Shown piece after piece: positions 39,473 to 49,492 of a stretch of DNA of 64,000 nt (the stretch's first letter is position 1; every line of letters starts with the position of its first letter). Made by a program: the position numbers and the translations under genes. The notes under the pieces are model-generated. The model saw nothing but the letters and a program-made list of their open reading frames with translations, did not search any database and was not told where the DNA came from. Source of the DNA: a plasmid; sequence record NZ_CP097382.1. One strand, 5' to 3'.

Positions 39473-40006
39473 ATGATAAAAATAAATCTAGTTACAATAG
39501 CGGCTTGTTGTTTTTTAGCGAGTAGTTTAACTTGGGGTAATAATACAACTTCAGTTAATTATGATGGTACTCTAGTTAATCTGGCTTGCGTTATTGATGA
39601 TGAGACTCCTATTGAAGTTAATATGGGCTCCATAATCGATAAACAAATCTATTTACATGGTCACTCAGTTAATAAAAAATTTAATTTAATCTTAAAAGAT
39701 TGTGATCCTATGTTAGCTAATTCTATAGTAATAACACTTAATGGTAGTTCAGGAAATGTTACGCCTGATGGATACCTAAAATTTGATACAGGTAGTGAAG
39801 CAAAAGGTGCTGTGATAGGAATTGCGGATGATAAATTATCTCGTGTTCAGATTGGTAAGGAATTGTCACCTAGACTAACAGAATCAGGAACAATGAGTGT
39901 TCCTTTATATGCTTTCGTTCAAGGAACTCCTGAAGCTATACAAAATAATTCTATTACACTTGGTCAATTTACTGCGACATTATTTTACACTATCAATTTT
40001 GAATAA
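39473..40006 (+). CDS. Fimbrial minor subunit
   Basis: Signal peptide, …DGTLVNLACVIDD…, and a C-terminal …YTINFE. Confidence 0.6.
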   Translation: MIKINLVTIAACCFLASSLTWGNNTTSVNYDGTLVNLACVIDDETPIEVNMGSIIDKQIYLHGHSVNKKFNLILKDCDPMLANSIVITLNGSSGNVTPDGYLKFDTGSEAKGAVIGIADDKLSRVQIGKELSPRLTESGTMSVPLYAFVQGTPEAIQNNSITLGQFTATLFYTINFE

Positions 40007-40061
40007 ATCATATAGTGTTAGATAAATATTCCCAGCGATATGATTCACAATAGGTAGATAA

Positions 40062-40613
40062 ATGAATAAATATGAAGGTATCGTAAAAATGGAGAGAGCA
40101 TTAAAGCAATTCATCGGTGGAATTTGCATATTTTTTTTGGTTTCTCCAACTCAGGCTGTAGAGATTTCACCTGGTAGCAGGGGGACTTTGCCTCTTACTG
40201 TTAGTGTCACTGTGCAAGCCGTTACTTGTGATATTAGTGGTTCAGATAATAAGGATGATATAACTGTTGACTTTAAAACTATAACAAAGAAAGGAATTGA
40301 TAATGGCGATTATGAATTGTCTGTTCCAATAAAAATTACGTGTAGTAATAATACACCATCGTTAAGTTTGCAATTAACAGGCACACCAGCGAATTTTAAT
40401 AAAACATTATTAAAAGCTAATGAAATTTCAGCGTTAGGTTTTGAGTTTTATATCAATGACCAAAAATGGGCATTGAATAGTACATCTCCAAATTTTACAC
40501 TAACTTCGATCCCAGTGATAACGGTTAAACCTAAGCTAAGTGAGTACGCTACAAACTTAAATGGTGGAGAATTTACTAGTACTTCTGCTAGCTTGATATT
40601 AAATTATGAATAA
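40062..40613 (+). CDS. Fimbrial minor subunit
   Basis: Signal peptide (probable start at the MERALK Met, 40089), Cys pair, and a C-terminal …LILNYE. Confidence 0.55.
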   Translation: MNKYEGIVKMERALKQFIGGICIFFLVSPTQAVEISPGSRGTLPLTVSVTVQAVTCDISGSDNKDDITVDFKTITKKGIDNGDYELSVPIKITCSNNTPSLSLQLTGTPANFNKTLLKANEISALGFEFYINDQKWALNSTSPNFTLTSIPVITVKPKLSEYATNLNGGEFTSTSASLILNYE

Positions 40614-41048
40614 AGTATTTTTTTATAAAAATAACTAAAGAGATTATCTTTTCTATAATGTTAATTTTTATGTTTTATTTACTATTATGTTAAGTTACAG
40701 ATAAATACCAAATATTAAAAATTATGATTAATAAGTATAACAACAAAACTGGTTCATTTTGGAGGATTCAGACATATAGTAACGTATCCTTTCATTCTAC
40801 TCATGATTGGAGAGATTAATATCGTTTTACCATTATATGTTATATAGTGGTTTGAAGCGGATTTAGTATTGATGAATAAATGACAGCGCAGTAATTTAGC
40901 TGCTTATGGAAAGACGATATGGTGAAAAAACTCAATAAAATTAAAATAGTAAAATATTGGACACCAGTAGGCAGTCATAATCCTTCTTGGATATATTTAT
41001 ATGCTGATTTTATTGAAAAATCAGGTGAAAGTAAGGAATGTTATTATT

Positions 41049-41972
41049 ATGTTTAACTATGCCAAATATTTTTTGATTTTTGTGGGCTTAATTTTTTTTG
41101 TATCAAATGCAAACTCTGAAAATTTAAAACCAGTAGTGACAAGTTCAGTGTTAAGAGTAGCTCCACATTCTCCTGATCAGGTAATCCACACAATTTCTTG
41201 GTCTTCATTTAGTATTTCTGATGAAGAGGCGAATCGTATAATTTATTGTCCAGCAGTTATTTCTAATCTTTGCGGATGGGGATTTGTTTATAGGCAAACT
41301 TATATCCCAACAGGAAGAACTGCTACATGGGGATTTAGAGGCGGATATAATGGAATGGGGATTAATTCACTCTATACAGTAGGATTTAGAGATGGGCAAA
41401 CACTTGGACAAGCATATAGGGATTTTATCGCGACATTTGGTGCGAGTGGTACAGCTGCAATGATAAGGAATCATAATAACAGACTCGGTGATAATTATCG
41501 TTATGCTGGCTGTTTTGCTCTTTTAAATTCGCGAGATAATACTCTATTCGACCCGCCTAATAACCTGGAATGTTTAGACACTCCAATTGACCCCATACCT
41601 ATGTCATGTCAGATCACTGGCCCAACAGGTGGTGATACAGTAAATCTTGACCATGGAATAGTCAGTACTGGTCGATTGAATGGTAATCAAGCCTCAGCGA
41701 AGATAGGTGTTAAATGTACCGAAAATGCATCTGTCTCATTCAGTTTTACTGAGACAACATTACAATTGGGGACAAACTTATCATCAACCCTTTCGTTAAA
41801 ACGAAATGGTATGGATATACCTATCAGTGATTCACCAGGAAGTAATAATAGTCAAAAAATAGATAAAAATATATTAACTTATATTGATGTTATTTCTACA
41901 TTATCTGCAGCAGGAACGATTGCCCCCGATCGTTATACAGGAAGCTCCACATTAGTTGTAACATTAAACTAA
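41049..41972 (+). CDS. Fimbrial tip adhesin (two-domain)
   Basis: About 307 aa with a signal peptide. It is the last gene of the locus and has adhesin-like size. The C-terminal pilin-like half ends …LVVTLN. Confidence 0.55.
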   Translation: MFNYAKYFLIFVGLIFFVSNANSENLKPVVTSSVLRVAPHSPDQVIHTISWSSFSISDEEANRIIYCPAVISNLCGWGFVYRQTYIPTGRTATWGFRGGYNGMGINSLYTVGFRDGQTLGQAYRDFIATFGASGTAAMIRNHNNRLGDNYRYAGCFALLNSRDNTLFDPPNNLECLDTPIDPIPMSCQITGPTGGDTVNLDHGIVSTGRLNGNQASAKIGVKCTENASVSFSFTETTLQLGTNLSSTLSLKRNGMDIPISDSPGSNNSQKIDKNILTYIDVISTLSAAGTIAPDRYTGSSTLVVTLN

Positions 41973-42043
41973 CACTCTCTATTTTAGTCCAAACCAAAAA
42001 AATTAAGAAGGCAATATGTCTTCTTAATTTTTGTAGATAAGCG

Positions 42044-42740
42044 TAAGCGACTCATTTAGACCGTCTATCTGTATTCCTCCAGTTAGTGGAAAGTAAGCGC
42101 CCCATGATCCCACGGAGCGCTTTAGTTTTAATGTAAGAAGTTCCAGGGAAGAAGTGAGTTGATATCTGGCTCTGACTTTGCCAGCTCTTTCATACATCTC
42201 ACCAGGTAATCGTAGAGGATTAGCCCGTTAGCTTTTGCTGTCTCGATGATGCTGTACAGCAGCGCACTGGCATCGGCACCATGTGCATTATTAGCAAAAA
42301 GCCAGTTTTTTCTGCCAATGACCAACGATTTGATGGCGCGTTCCGCACGGTTGTTGTCGATAGATAAATGCCCATCTTCAACATAGCGTATCAACTTAGG
42401 CCACTGACCCAAGGTGTATTTGATGGCTTTACCAAGCGGACTCGATTCGATGACTTTCTGTGAGGTTAACCAGTCATAAAGTTCATAGAGCATCGGTTTG
42501 GCTTTCGATTGCCTCTCAGACCAACGTTCTTCTACCGAAGCGTATTTTAATCGAGATTCAAGGGCGTACAACTTTTGGATTTTCGCTAATGCCACGTCGA
42601 CTTTACCCGATTTACCTTTACCCTGAAGCTTCTTCGCCTCCATGAACTTACGACGTGCATGCGCGAAGCAACCCACATTGCTCACTCGCGTTAATCCATC
42701 ATAAGCACCGTAGCCATTGTCCACTTCCCCTAAAATAAGA
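42044..42740 (-). mobile_element. IS66-family remnant (right end plus C-terminal TnpC fragment 42128-42724)
   Basis: The TnpC-like protein …FAHARRKF…HLSIDNNRAERAIK…KNWLF… lacks its N-terminal part. GTAAGCG-type terminal repeats occur at about 42044 and 42093. Confidence 0.6.
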
Positions 42741-42900
42741 CAGCTATAATTAGATTTTCTGCCCTAAAATTTGCAGAGGTCATGATGAAAAAAGCTCGTT
42801 TTACTGAAACTCAAATCGTTAATATTTTAAAACTCGCTGATTCTGGTATGAAAGTGGAAGATATTTGCCGCCAAAATGGGATCAGCAACGCCACTTATTA

Positions 42901-44212
42901 TATCTATGGACTACCTCCGTTTTGCAAGTACTGAATCAGGTTTTAGGTTGTTGCTTACATCTATCCGGCATCAGAAATATCTGTGCCCAAATGGGTAATC
43001 CGCACACAATCGCCTCAACAACTGGACGGCCACGAAGGCCAATATAATAATCAGGTTCCGATCGTGCAGGTTTAACCTGTGACCATTTTTCAATACTTTG
43101 CAACTTTTAAAGGTATGCTATTACACTGCCAGTCTGTACTCGGTTTCATTGTGAAGAATTGACCAAATAATTCTGGCATTTTTATTGGCGACTGCAACGG
43201 TCGTTTTGTTAAATCCTCGTCGCTCTTTTAGCTGATTAACCCATTGATTTAAATAACCCTCATTATTATTTGCAGCCACTCTAACGACTGCCCTGGCTCC
43301 ATGAATAAATAAGGTTCGCAAATGCTTGTCGCCTTTTTTCGTCATATTCATCAGTACCTGCCTGTCACCACTCGAGTGCTGTCGTGGAACCAGACCAAGC
43401 CATGCGGCAAAGTGACGACCATTTTTAAATTCAGTTCCTTTGCCTATCGCGGCAACAACAGCTGTTGCTGTTTTAGGGCCAATGCCTTTAACTTTGGCAA
43501 TGCGCTGGCAGGCTTCTGATTGCCTGAACACAGCATCAATTTCTTTATCAAAAAAGCCTATGCGACGACCAAGATCGTTAAAGAGATCATAAAGTTCTGC
43601 AATCGTCCTGCGCATTCTAACGCTAAGACCATTTTCAGCATCTTCAAGAATAAGCGGAACAGCACGACGAACTCTTGAGACTGCCGAGCCGATTGTTATT
43701 CCCCGATCAAGCAGCAGTCCCCGGATTTGACAAACTGTCGCAGTGCGGTGATTAACAATACGCTGTCTTGCACGGTGCAGAGCCTGAATATCCTGCTGTT
43801 CAGGGCTTTTGGGTGGTACGAACTGCATTGTTGGCTGCATCAGAGCAATTGCGATAGCCTGTGCATCATTACCGTCATTTTTTTGCCCGCGGACAAAGGG
43901 TTTTACATACTGGGGACTGATCACTTTTACCTTATGTCCCAGTTTTTCGAACTCACGCTGCCAGTAAAATGCTCCCGTGGAGGCTTCCACACCAATCAGG
44001 CAGGCCGGAATATTCGCGATAGTCTGTAGTAACGTTTTACGATCAGTGCGTTTTTTATAAACCGGTTTACCCGCCTGATTTAATCCACAAAGCTGAAAAA
44101 CATTTTTAGCCAGATCAATACCGAGATAGATAACATTCATGATAATGCTCCTGCTGAGTATATTTTATTCAGTTAACCTCAGAGGGAGGAGGTAGTCCAT
44201 CCCATTAATTGG
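42901..44212 (-). mobile_element. IS110-family insertion sequence (1312 bp) nested inside IS3 orfA
   Basis: Its boundaries are inferred from the precise interruption of the IS3 orfA reading frame (…ATYY | NWKSKYGG…). It carries the DEDD transposase CDS 43121-44140(-). Noncoding ends of about 220 bp lie 3' of the CDS and about 70 bp lie 5' of it. Confidence 0.65.
43121..44140 (-). CDS. IS110-family transposase (DEDD RuvC-like plus C-terminal Tnp domain)
   Basis: 339 aa. The N-terminus MNVIYLGIDLAKNVFQL… is the hallmark of IS110/IS1111-family transposases. …KGIGPKTAT…AWLGLVPRQHSSGD… is the family's C-terminal motif. Confidence 0.85.
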   Translation of the reverse strand: MNVIYLGIDLAKNVFQLCGLNQAGKPVYKKRTDRKTLLQTIANIPACLIGVEASTGAFYWQREFEKLGHKVKVISPQYVKPFVRGQKNDGNDAQAIAIALMQPTMQFVPPKSPEQQDIQALHRARQRIVNHRTATVCQIRGLLLDRGITIGSAVSRVRRAVPLILEDAENGLSVRMRRTIAELYDLFNDLGRRIGFFDKEIDAVFRQSEACQRIAKVKGIGPKTATAVVAAIGKGTEFKNGRHFAAWLGLVPRQHSSGDRQVLMNMTKKGDKHLRTLFIHGARAVVRVAANNNEGYLNQWVNQLKERRGFNKTTVAVANKNARIIWSILHNETEYRLAV

Positions 44213-44352
44213 AAATCAAAGTATGGTGGCATGGAAGCGAATGATGTTAAACGATTAAAAGAGCTTGAAGATGAAAATGCGAAACTGAAAAAGCTCTTTG
44301 CGGAAGTTAGCCTTGAAAACCACGCGATGAAGGAGCTTTTCGCAAAAAAGGG

Positions 44353-45198
44353 TTGGTAGTGGCTGAAAAGAGATCCTGTGCTCAATCATTAAAAGAGGCA
44401 GGCTTATCAGTCATTAAGGCTTGTAAGCTAACGTCGTTGTCACGAGCCACGTTTTACCATCAGCAAATAGATTGGCGTAAAAAAGACCAAGTAGTGATCG
44501 ATGCCATACAATCTGTGTTAGCGAAATCACCACAATCGGGATTCTGGAAATGCTATTTCCGACTGAGATTTCAAGGCTATCCTTTTAATCATAAACGAGT
44601 TTATCGCGTTTATTGTCGATTAGGATTGAACCTGAAACGGCGGGTTAAAAAAGTGCTTCCGAAGCGTGAAAAAAGACCATTAGTGATAGAAAAAGTCCCG
44701 AATATTCAATGGGCATTGGATTTTATGCACGACAGTTTATATTGCGGTAATCGCTTCAGAACTCTCAACATTATTGATGAAGGAACGCGTGAATGCTTGG
44801 CGATTGAGGTTGATACGTCATTACCGGCTGAACGCGTCATCAGGGTGCTTGAACGTTTAAAAGCCGAAAGAGGGTTACCGAAACAGATCCGAGTCGATAA
44901 TGGCCCTGAACTCATTTCAGTTAACTTATTGAATTATTGTGAAGATAACCAAATTTTACTGTGCCATATTCAACCGGGAAAACCGCAGCAAAATGGGTTT
45001 ATCGAACGTTTTAATGGTTCGTTCCGTCGAGAGTTTTTAAATGCGTATTTATTTGAATCATTAAGCCAAGTGCGAGAATTAGCGTGGTTTTGGCTGCAAG
45101 ATTATAACCAAAATCGAACCCATGAAAGTTTAAATCACCTCCCACCGGAGGCCTATCGTCAACAGTTAGAAAACTCTAATTTAACGTGTCTCAATTAA
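44353..45198 (+). CDS. IS3-family OrfB (DDE integrase-core transposase)
   Basis: 281 aa. …WALDFMHD…IIDEGTRECL…DNGPE…HIQPGKPQQNGFIERFNGSFR… are the DDE/rve motifs. Confidence 0.85.
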   Translation: MVVAEKRSCAQSLKEAGLSVIKACKLTSLSRATFYHQQIDWRKKDQVVIDAIQSVLAKSPQSGFWKCYFRLRFQGYPFNHKRVYRVYCRLGLNLKRRVKKVLPKREKRPLVIEKVPNIQWALDFMHDSLYCGNRFRTLNIIDEGTRECLAIEVDTSLPAERVIRVLERLKAERGLPKQIRVDNGPELISVNLLNYCEDNQILLCHIQPGKPQQNGFIERFNGSFRREFLNAYLFESLSQVRELAWFWLQDYNQNRTHESLNHLPPEAYRQQLENSNLTCLN

Positions 45199-45199
45199 A

Positions 45200-45700
45200 G
45201 GGGAGTGGACACAGGCTAAGTTGTTCTGCGGTGATCAATTTTGCTGGGCGTTTAAGCCAAGAATAGTAGGCAGAACGACTTATTTTCATTAACTTGCAGA
45301 GCTTCAGCACGGGAAACTGTGAAGATAATTGCTTAATCGTTTTAAACGCTACTTGGTTTCCTTTAGCAGGAGGGCGCTGGCTTTTTTTAGGATCTCTTTC
45401 TCCATCCTAAGTTCTTTATTTTCTTTTCGAAGCCTTAATAGCTCAGCTCTCTCATCGGCATTCAAGCGGCTACCGGATTGTTCAGCGTCGAATTTTGCTT
45501 TCCAGTTATAAAGTAATTTATCGGTGATCCCTAATGAAGCTGCCGCTTTTGGGACGCTATAACCTTGTTCGGTGACTAATGCGACCGCTTCTTGCTTAAA
45601 CTCAGTAGTATAAAACTTGTTTGTTCGTTTTTTCATTTAACACCTCAATAATTGGATTATATTCCATTATTAAAGTGTCCTGTTTGATTAAAGCAGATCA
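45200..45700 (-). mobile_element. Second, truncated IS3-family element (orfA intact, orfB cut after about 30 codons)
   Basis: OrfA (45349-45636, minus) reads MKKRTNKFYTTEFKQEAVALV…LYNWKAKF…LRKENKELRMEKEILKKASALL. Downstream on the minus strand MKISRSAYYSWLKRPAKLITAEQLSL… (start about 45291) is an IS3 OrfB N-terminus. It stops at about 45200, where the first IS3 element ends. Confidence 0.65.
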
Positions 45701-46100
45701 TTGCGCATAGCGATCTCCTCAGGATACATATCAGTATGGATGAAGATCTCTGAAAGTGAATGGGACTTTTTTCCGGGATACTTACAATTTAAGCTATCAA
45801 CATGAATTTTATTTGATTTTAGTAAAATAAAATCAAATATATCATTTATTTTTGACATCTTTTTTTAAAATTAAACTATATGTGATTAATTAATGTCGAT
45901 ATTTGACTATCTATATTTGACTTTAATTATAATTTATCTTTGACATTTTGATTTTTTGATTTAATTTATGATAATGTATTTCATAAATTTATTTTTAATA
46001 ATTCTATTTCATTTTTTTAAATGCTAAATATCTATAAATATGTAAATATCCATAAATATGATTGTCTTTTTTATAAATTTAATCATTATAGGAGTATTTC

Positions 46101-47546
46101 ATGGAATACAAGCTTAATAAGAATATCCCTATAGGAACTAATGCTACTGGACTACGAGAAGAATTCGATAGTATGGGAAAAGTAAATGTTCCCGCAGATC
46201 GCTATTGGGGTGCCCAAACACAACGCTCATTACAACATTTTAATATCGGTAATGACCTCATGCCAAAAGAGGTTTACCACGCCTACGGCTATGTAAAGAA
46301 AGCTTGTGCGTTAGTTAACTTTGCTGCTGGCAGATTACCCGATTGGAAAAAAGATGCCATTGTTATGGCTGCTGATGAGACTATCAGTGGTCAGCTTGAT
46401 GACCATTATCCTCTCTATGTATGGCAAACAGGCTCTGGTACGCAATCAAATATGAATGTCAATGAGGTACTTTCTAATCGAGCAATCCAATTATTAGGCG
46501 GTACATTAGGAACTCAATCACCTATAGGTCCTAATGATGATGTGAATATGGGGCAATCGTCAAATGACTCATTCCCAACTGCAATGCATATCGCTGCAAT
46601 TTTTGCGATTGATGAACAGTTAATTCCAAGCATTGAAAGTTTAATTCAAGTTATTGAAAAAAAAGCTGACTCATGGATGGCCGTGGTTAAAATTGGTCGC
46701 ACACACTTAGAAGATGCAGTTCCCCTCACCGTTGGCCAAGAGTGGCATGGATGGGCAGGTCAGCTCAAAGACGCGTTGGAAGACATTAAACGCAGTAAAT
46801 TAGACCTGTATAAACTTGCGATAGGTGGTACCGCGGTAGGTACGGGTTTAAACGCACCAAAAGGCTTTTCAAAAGATGTTGCTGAAAAAATTGCAGAATT
46901 AACACAAAAACCATTTGTTACAGCACCAAATAAATTTACTGCTCAAGGCTCTTTAGATGCATTAGTACGTGCTCATGCGGCTATTCGAGGACTTGCGGTT
47001 GCATTGATTAAAATAGCCAATGACATGCGTTGGCTAGCCTCCGGTCCTCGTTGTGGCTTAAGCGAATTGATTTTACCGGCAAATGAACCAGGTTCTTCAA
47101 TCATGCCAGGTAAGGTGAATCCAACACAGTGTGAAGCGATTGTCATGATTGGTATTCAAGTGATGGGAAATGACTCTGCAATATCTATTTCTGGTAGCCA
47201 AGGTAATTTTGAATTAAATGCAATGCGCCCTGTAATTATTAATAATTTATTACACTCGATTCGCATCATCTCTGATGGCTGCCATAAATTCAGAGAGTAT
47301 TCTGTTGAAGGCACTGAATTAAATAACACCAAAATTACTGAGTACGTCAATAATAGCGTGATGCTAGTCACTGCTCTCTCTCCAATTATCGGATATCAAA
47401 ATGCAGCTCATATCGCAGAAAATGCGATTGCAAAAAACATCACATTAAAAGAATCAGCTATTTCTTCAGGAAAAATAAGCGAAGAGGACTTTAACAAATA
47501 CGTCAATCCTATTGATATGACAGGTAATGGTTTATCTGGTGCTTAA
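46101..47546 (+). CDS. fumC: Class II fumarate hydratase
   Basis: 481 aa. VWQTGSGTQSNMNVNEVLSNRA and GSSIMPGKVNPTQCEA are the fumarase/aspartase-family signatures. It is collinear with E. coli FumC. Confidence 0.85.
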   Translation: MEYKLNKNIPIGTNATGLREEFDSMGKVNVPADRYWGAQTQRSLQHFNIGNDLMPKEVYHAYGYVKKACALVNFAAGRLPDWKKDAIVMAADETISGQLDDHYPLYVWQTGSGTQSNMNVNEVLSNRAIQLLGGTLGTQSPIGPNDDVNMGQSSNDSFPTAMHIAAIFAIDEQLIPSIESLIQVIEKKADSWMAVVKIGRTHLEDAVPLTVGQEWHGWAGQLKDALEDIKRSKLDLYKLAIGGTAVGTGLNAPKGFSKDVAEKIAELTQKPFVTAPNKFTAQGSLDALVRAHAAIRGLAVALIKIANDMRWLASGPRCGLSELILPANEPGSSIMPGKVNPTQCEAIVMIGIQVMGNDSAISISGSQGNFELNAMRPVIINNLLHSIRIISDGCHKFREYSVEGTELNNTKITEYVNNSVMLVTALSPIIGYQNAAHIAENAIAKNITLKESAISSGKISEEDFNKYVNPIDMTGNGLSGA

Positions 47547-47581
47547 TTTATTTTTAAATAATCCAATTATGAGGTTTTTAT

Positions 47582-49375
47582 ATGTATAACCGCCAAGCTG
47601 AAATCGTTGTTGAGAATAACATTCGAAAAATAAAAACTACAGCAAGAGGATATCAAGTATTACGAGATCCATCCTTAAATAAAGGAACCGCGTTTACTGA
47701 AGAAGAAAGAAAAGCACTGGACTTAAACGGTATTCTTCCTCCTGTTATTACAGAAGATATGGAAGTGCAATTAGACCGCTCTTATCGCGCTTATCGCGAA
47801 TGTCGTACAGACCTCGATAAACACATCTATATGTGGCGACTTCACGACAATAATGTCACATTATTCTACGCTTTATTACAGCGCCATATGTTAGAAATGT
47901 TACCTGTCGTATATGACCCTGTTGTTGGTGAAGCCATTGAAAAATATAGCGAAGTGATAACACGTCCAAGAGGTTTATTCTTAAGCATCAATGAGCCCGA
48001 ATTAATTGAAGAGAAATTACGTGCATTTGGTGCAGAAGGCAATGACATCCGACTGATTGTAACAACCGATGCAGAAGAAATTTTAGGTATTGGTGACTGG
48101 GGATCAAACGGTATCGATATTTCTGTTGGTAAATTAGCGGTATACACCGTTGCTGCCGGTGTTGATCCACACAGCGTCATTCCTGTTGTTCTGGATGTTG
48201 GTACAAACAATGAAAAACTATTAAACGACCCTTCATACGTTGGTAATAGACATGAACGTATTCAAGGCAAAGTATATGACGATTTTGTTGATGCCTACGT
48301 TAAAGCCGCAAGAAAACTTTTCCCAAATGCCGTCTTACACTGGGAAGATTTCGGTTCAACCAATGCACGCCGCATACTCGATAAATACCGTGCACAATTT
48401 GCCACTTTCAACGATGATGTACAAGGTACAGGAGCGATCGTACTTGCAGGTCTATTAAACGCCGTTAAATTGAGCAAAACATCGTGGACTGAGCAACGTG
48501 TTGTTGTATTTGGTGCAGGAACAGCAGGTTGTGGGATCGCTGACCAGATCCGTGACCAAATGATCCGCAGCGGACTTACGCGTGAAGAAGCAATTTCACG
48601 TATTTGGCTCGTTGATCTGCCAGGTCTGCTAACATCAGACATGACAGATGACTTACTGTACTTCCAAAAAGACTACGTTAAAGATATCCAAAGCGTAAGC
48701 AACTATCAAAGAAAAGTTGTTGATGTTTCTGTGGAAGCACAAACACGCTGGCCTGCAATGGCGAACATTCTGGCCAAAAACAATAAATCTAAAGGGATCA
48801 TTGACCTTGCCTCTGTCATTGAGCAAGTAAAACCCACCATCTTAATTGGTACATCTACCCAACCAGGCGCATTTACCGAAAGCATCGTGCGTAACATGGC
48901 AAGTAATGTTGAACATCCAATTATTTTCCCTTTATCGAATCCGACATTATTACACGAAGCAACACCACAACATTTAATCGAATGGACTGATGGTCGCGTA
49001 TTTGTTGCAACAGGCGCCCCTTTTGATGATGTCATTTATAAAGATGTTTGCTATAAGATTGGTCAAGCAAACAACGCAGCATTATATCCAGGGCTAGGCT
49101 TTGGGGCTATTGTATCGCAAGCTGAAAAAATTACTGACGAAATGATTTTCTCTGCGGTACAAGCGGTCGCAAGTCAAGCAACTCTAGGAGCGCAAGGCGC
49201 ATCATTATTGCCATCTAACGAAGATTTGCGTATTACATCCAGTATCGTGGCATTAGAAGTGATGAGAATGGCAAAATCTCAAGGCGTGGCAAAAGTGGAG
49301 CCAACGCTTTCAGAAGTGGAAGTTGTTAGAACTGCAGCATGGTGGCCAGTATACTTACCGGTAGAAGCTATTTAA
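47582..49375 (+). CDS. NAD(P)-dependent malic enzyme family protein (malate dehydrogenase, decarboxylating; a malolactic-enzyme type cannot be excluded)
   Basis: 597 aa. …LRDPSLNKGTAFTEEER…, …VVLDVGTNNEKLLNDPSYVG… and the NAD-binding motif GAGTAGCGIA are collinear with E. coli MaeA/SfcA. Confidence 0.8.
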   Translation: MYNRQAEIVVENNIRKIKTTARGYQVLRDPSLNKGTAFTEEERKALDLNGILPPVITEDMEVQLDRSYRAYRECRTDLDKHIYMWRLHDNNVTLFYALLQRHMLEMLPVVYDPVVGEAIEKYSEVITRPRGLFLSINEPELIEEKLRAFGAEGNDIRLIVTTDAEEILGIGDWGSNGIDISVGKLAVYTVAAGVDPHSVIPVVLDVGTNNEKLLNDPSYVGNRHERIQGKVYDDFVDAYVKAARKLFPNAVLHWEDFGSTNARRILDKYRAQFATFNDDVQGTGAIVLAGLLNAVKLSKTSWTEQRVVVFGAGTAGCGIADQIRDQMIRSGLTREEAISRIWLVDLPGLLTSDMTDDLLYFQKDYVKDIQSVSNYQRKVVDVSVEAQTRWPAMANILAKNNKSKGIIDLASVIEQVKPTILIGTSTQPGAFTESIVRNMASNVEHPIIFPLSNPTLLHEATPQHLIEWTDGRVFVATGAPFDDVIYKDVCYKIGQANNAALYPGLGFGAIVSQAEKITDEMIFSAVQAVASQATLGAQGASLLPSNEDLRITSSIVALEVMRMAKSQGVAKVEPTLSEVEVVRTAAWWPVYLPVEAI

Positions 49376-49451
49376 TTATTTAAATAATCATATTGATACT
49401 CTAAGGTTTCCTCAATGTTACTTAAAAAAGACTAAGTAGCATTAATAAAAT

Positions 49452-49492
49452 AAAACCTGACATCTTTAAATTAGATGTCGGGTTTTATTTTA
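49452..49492. terminator. Rho-independent (bidirectional) terminator after the malic enzyme gene
   Basis: AAAACCTGACATC-tttaaatta-GATGTCGGGTTTT is followed by ATTTT. Confidence 0.6.

Larger units (their letters stand above)
42760..45235 (+). mobile_element. IS3-family element whose orfA is split by an IS110-family insertion
   Basis: The orfA N-terminus (42784-42900) reads MMKKARFTETQIVNILKLADSGMKVEDICRQNGISNATYY. Its continuation (44213-44359) reads NWKSKYGGMEANDVKRLKELEDENAKLKKLFAEVSLENHAMKELFAKKGW. An A6G slippery motif lies at 44344-44350. OrfB (DDE transposase) spans 44353-45198. Confidence 0.7.

Noticed and set aside
45329-45511. 60-aa plus-strand ORF overlapping IS3 orfA (minus)
   Set aside because: Serine/Leu-rich antisense frame of a well-matched IS3 OrfA.
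47866-49035. Three minus-strand ORFs (114, 115 and 109 aa) inside the malic enzyme gene
   Set aside because: They are antisense to a gene with clear family signatures. No support.
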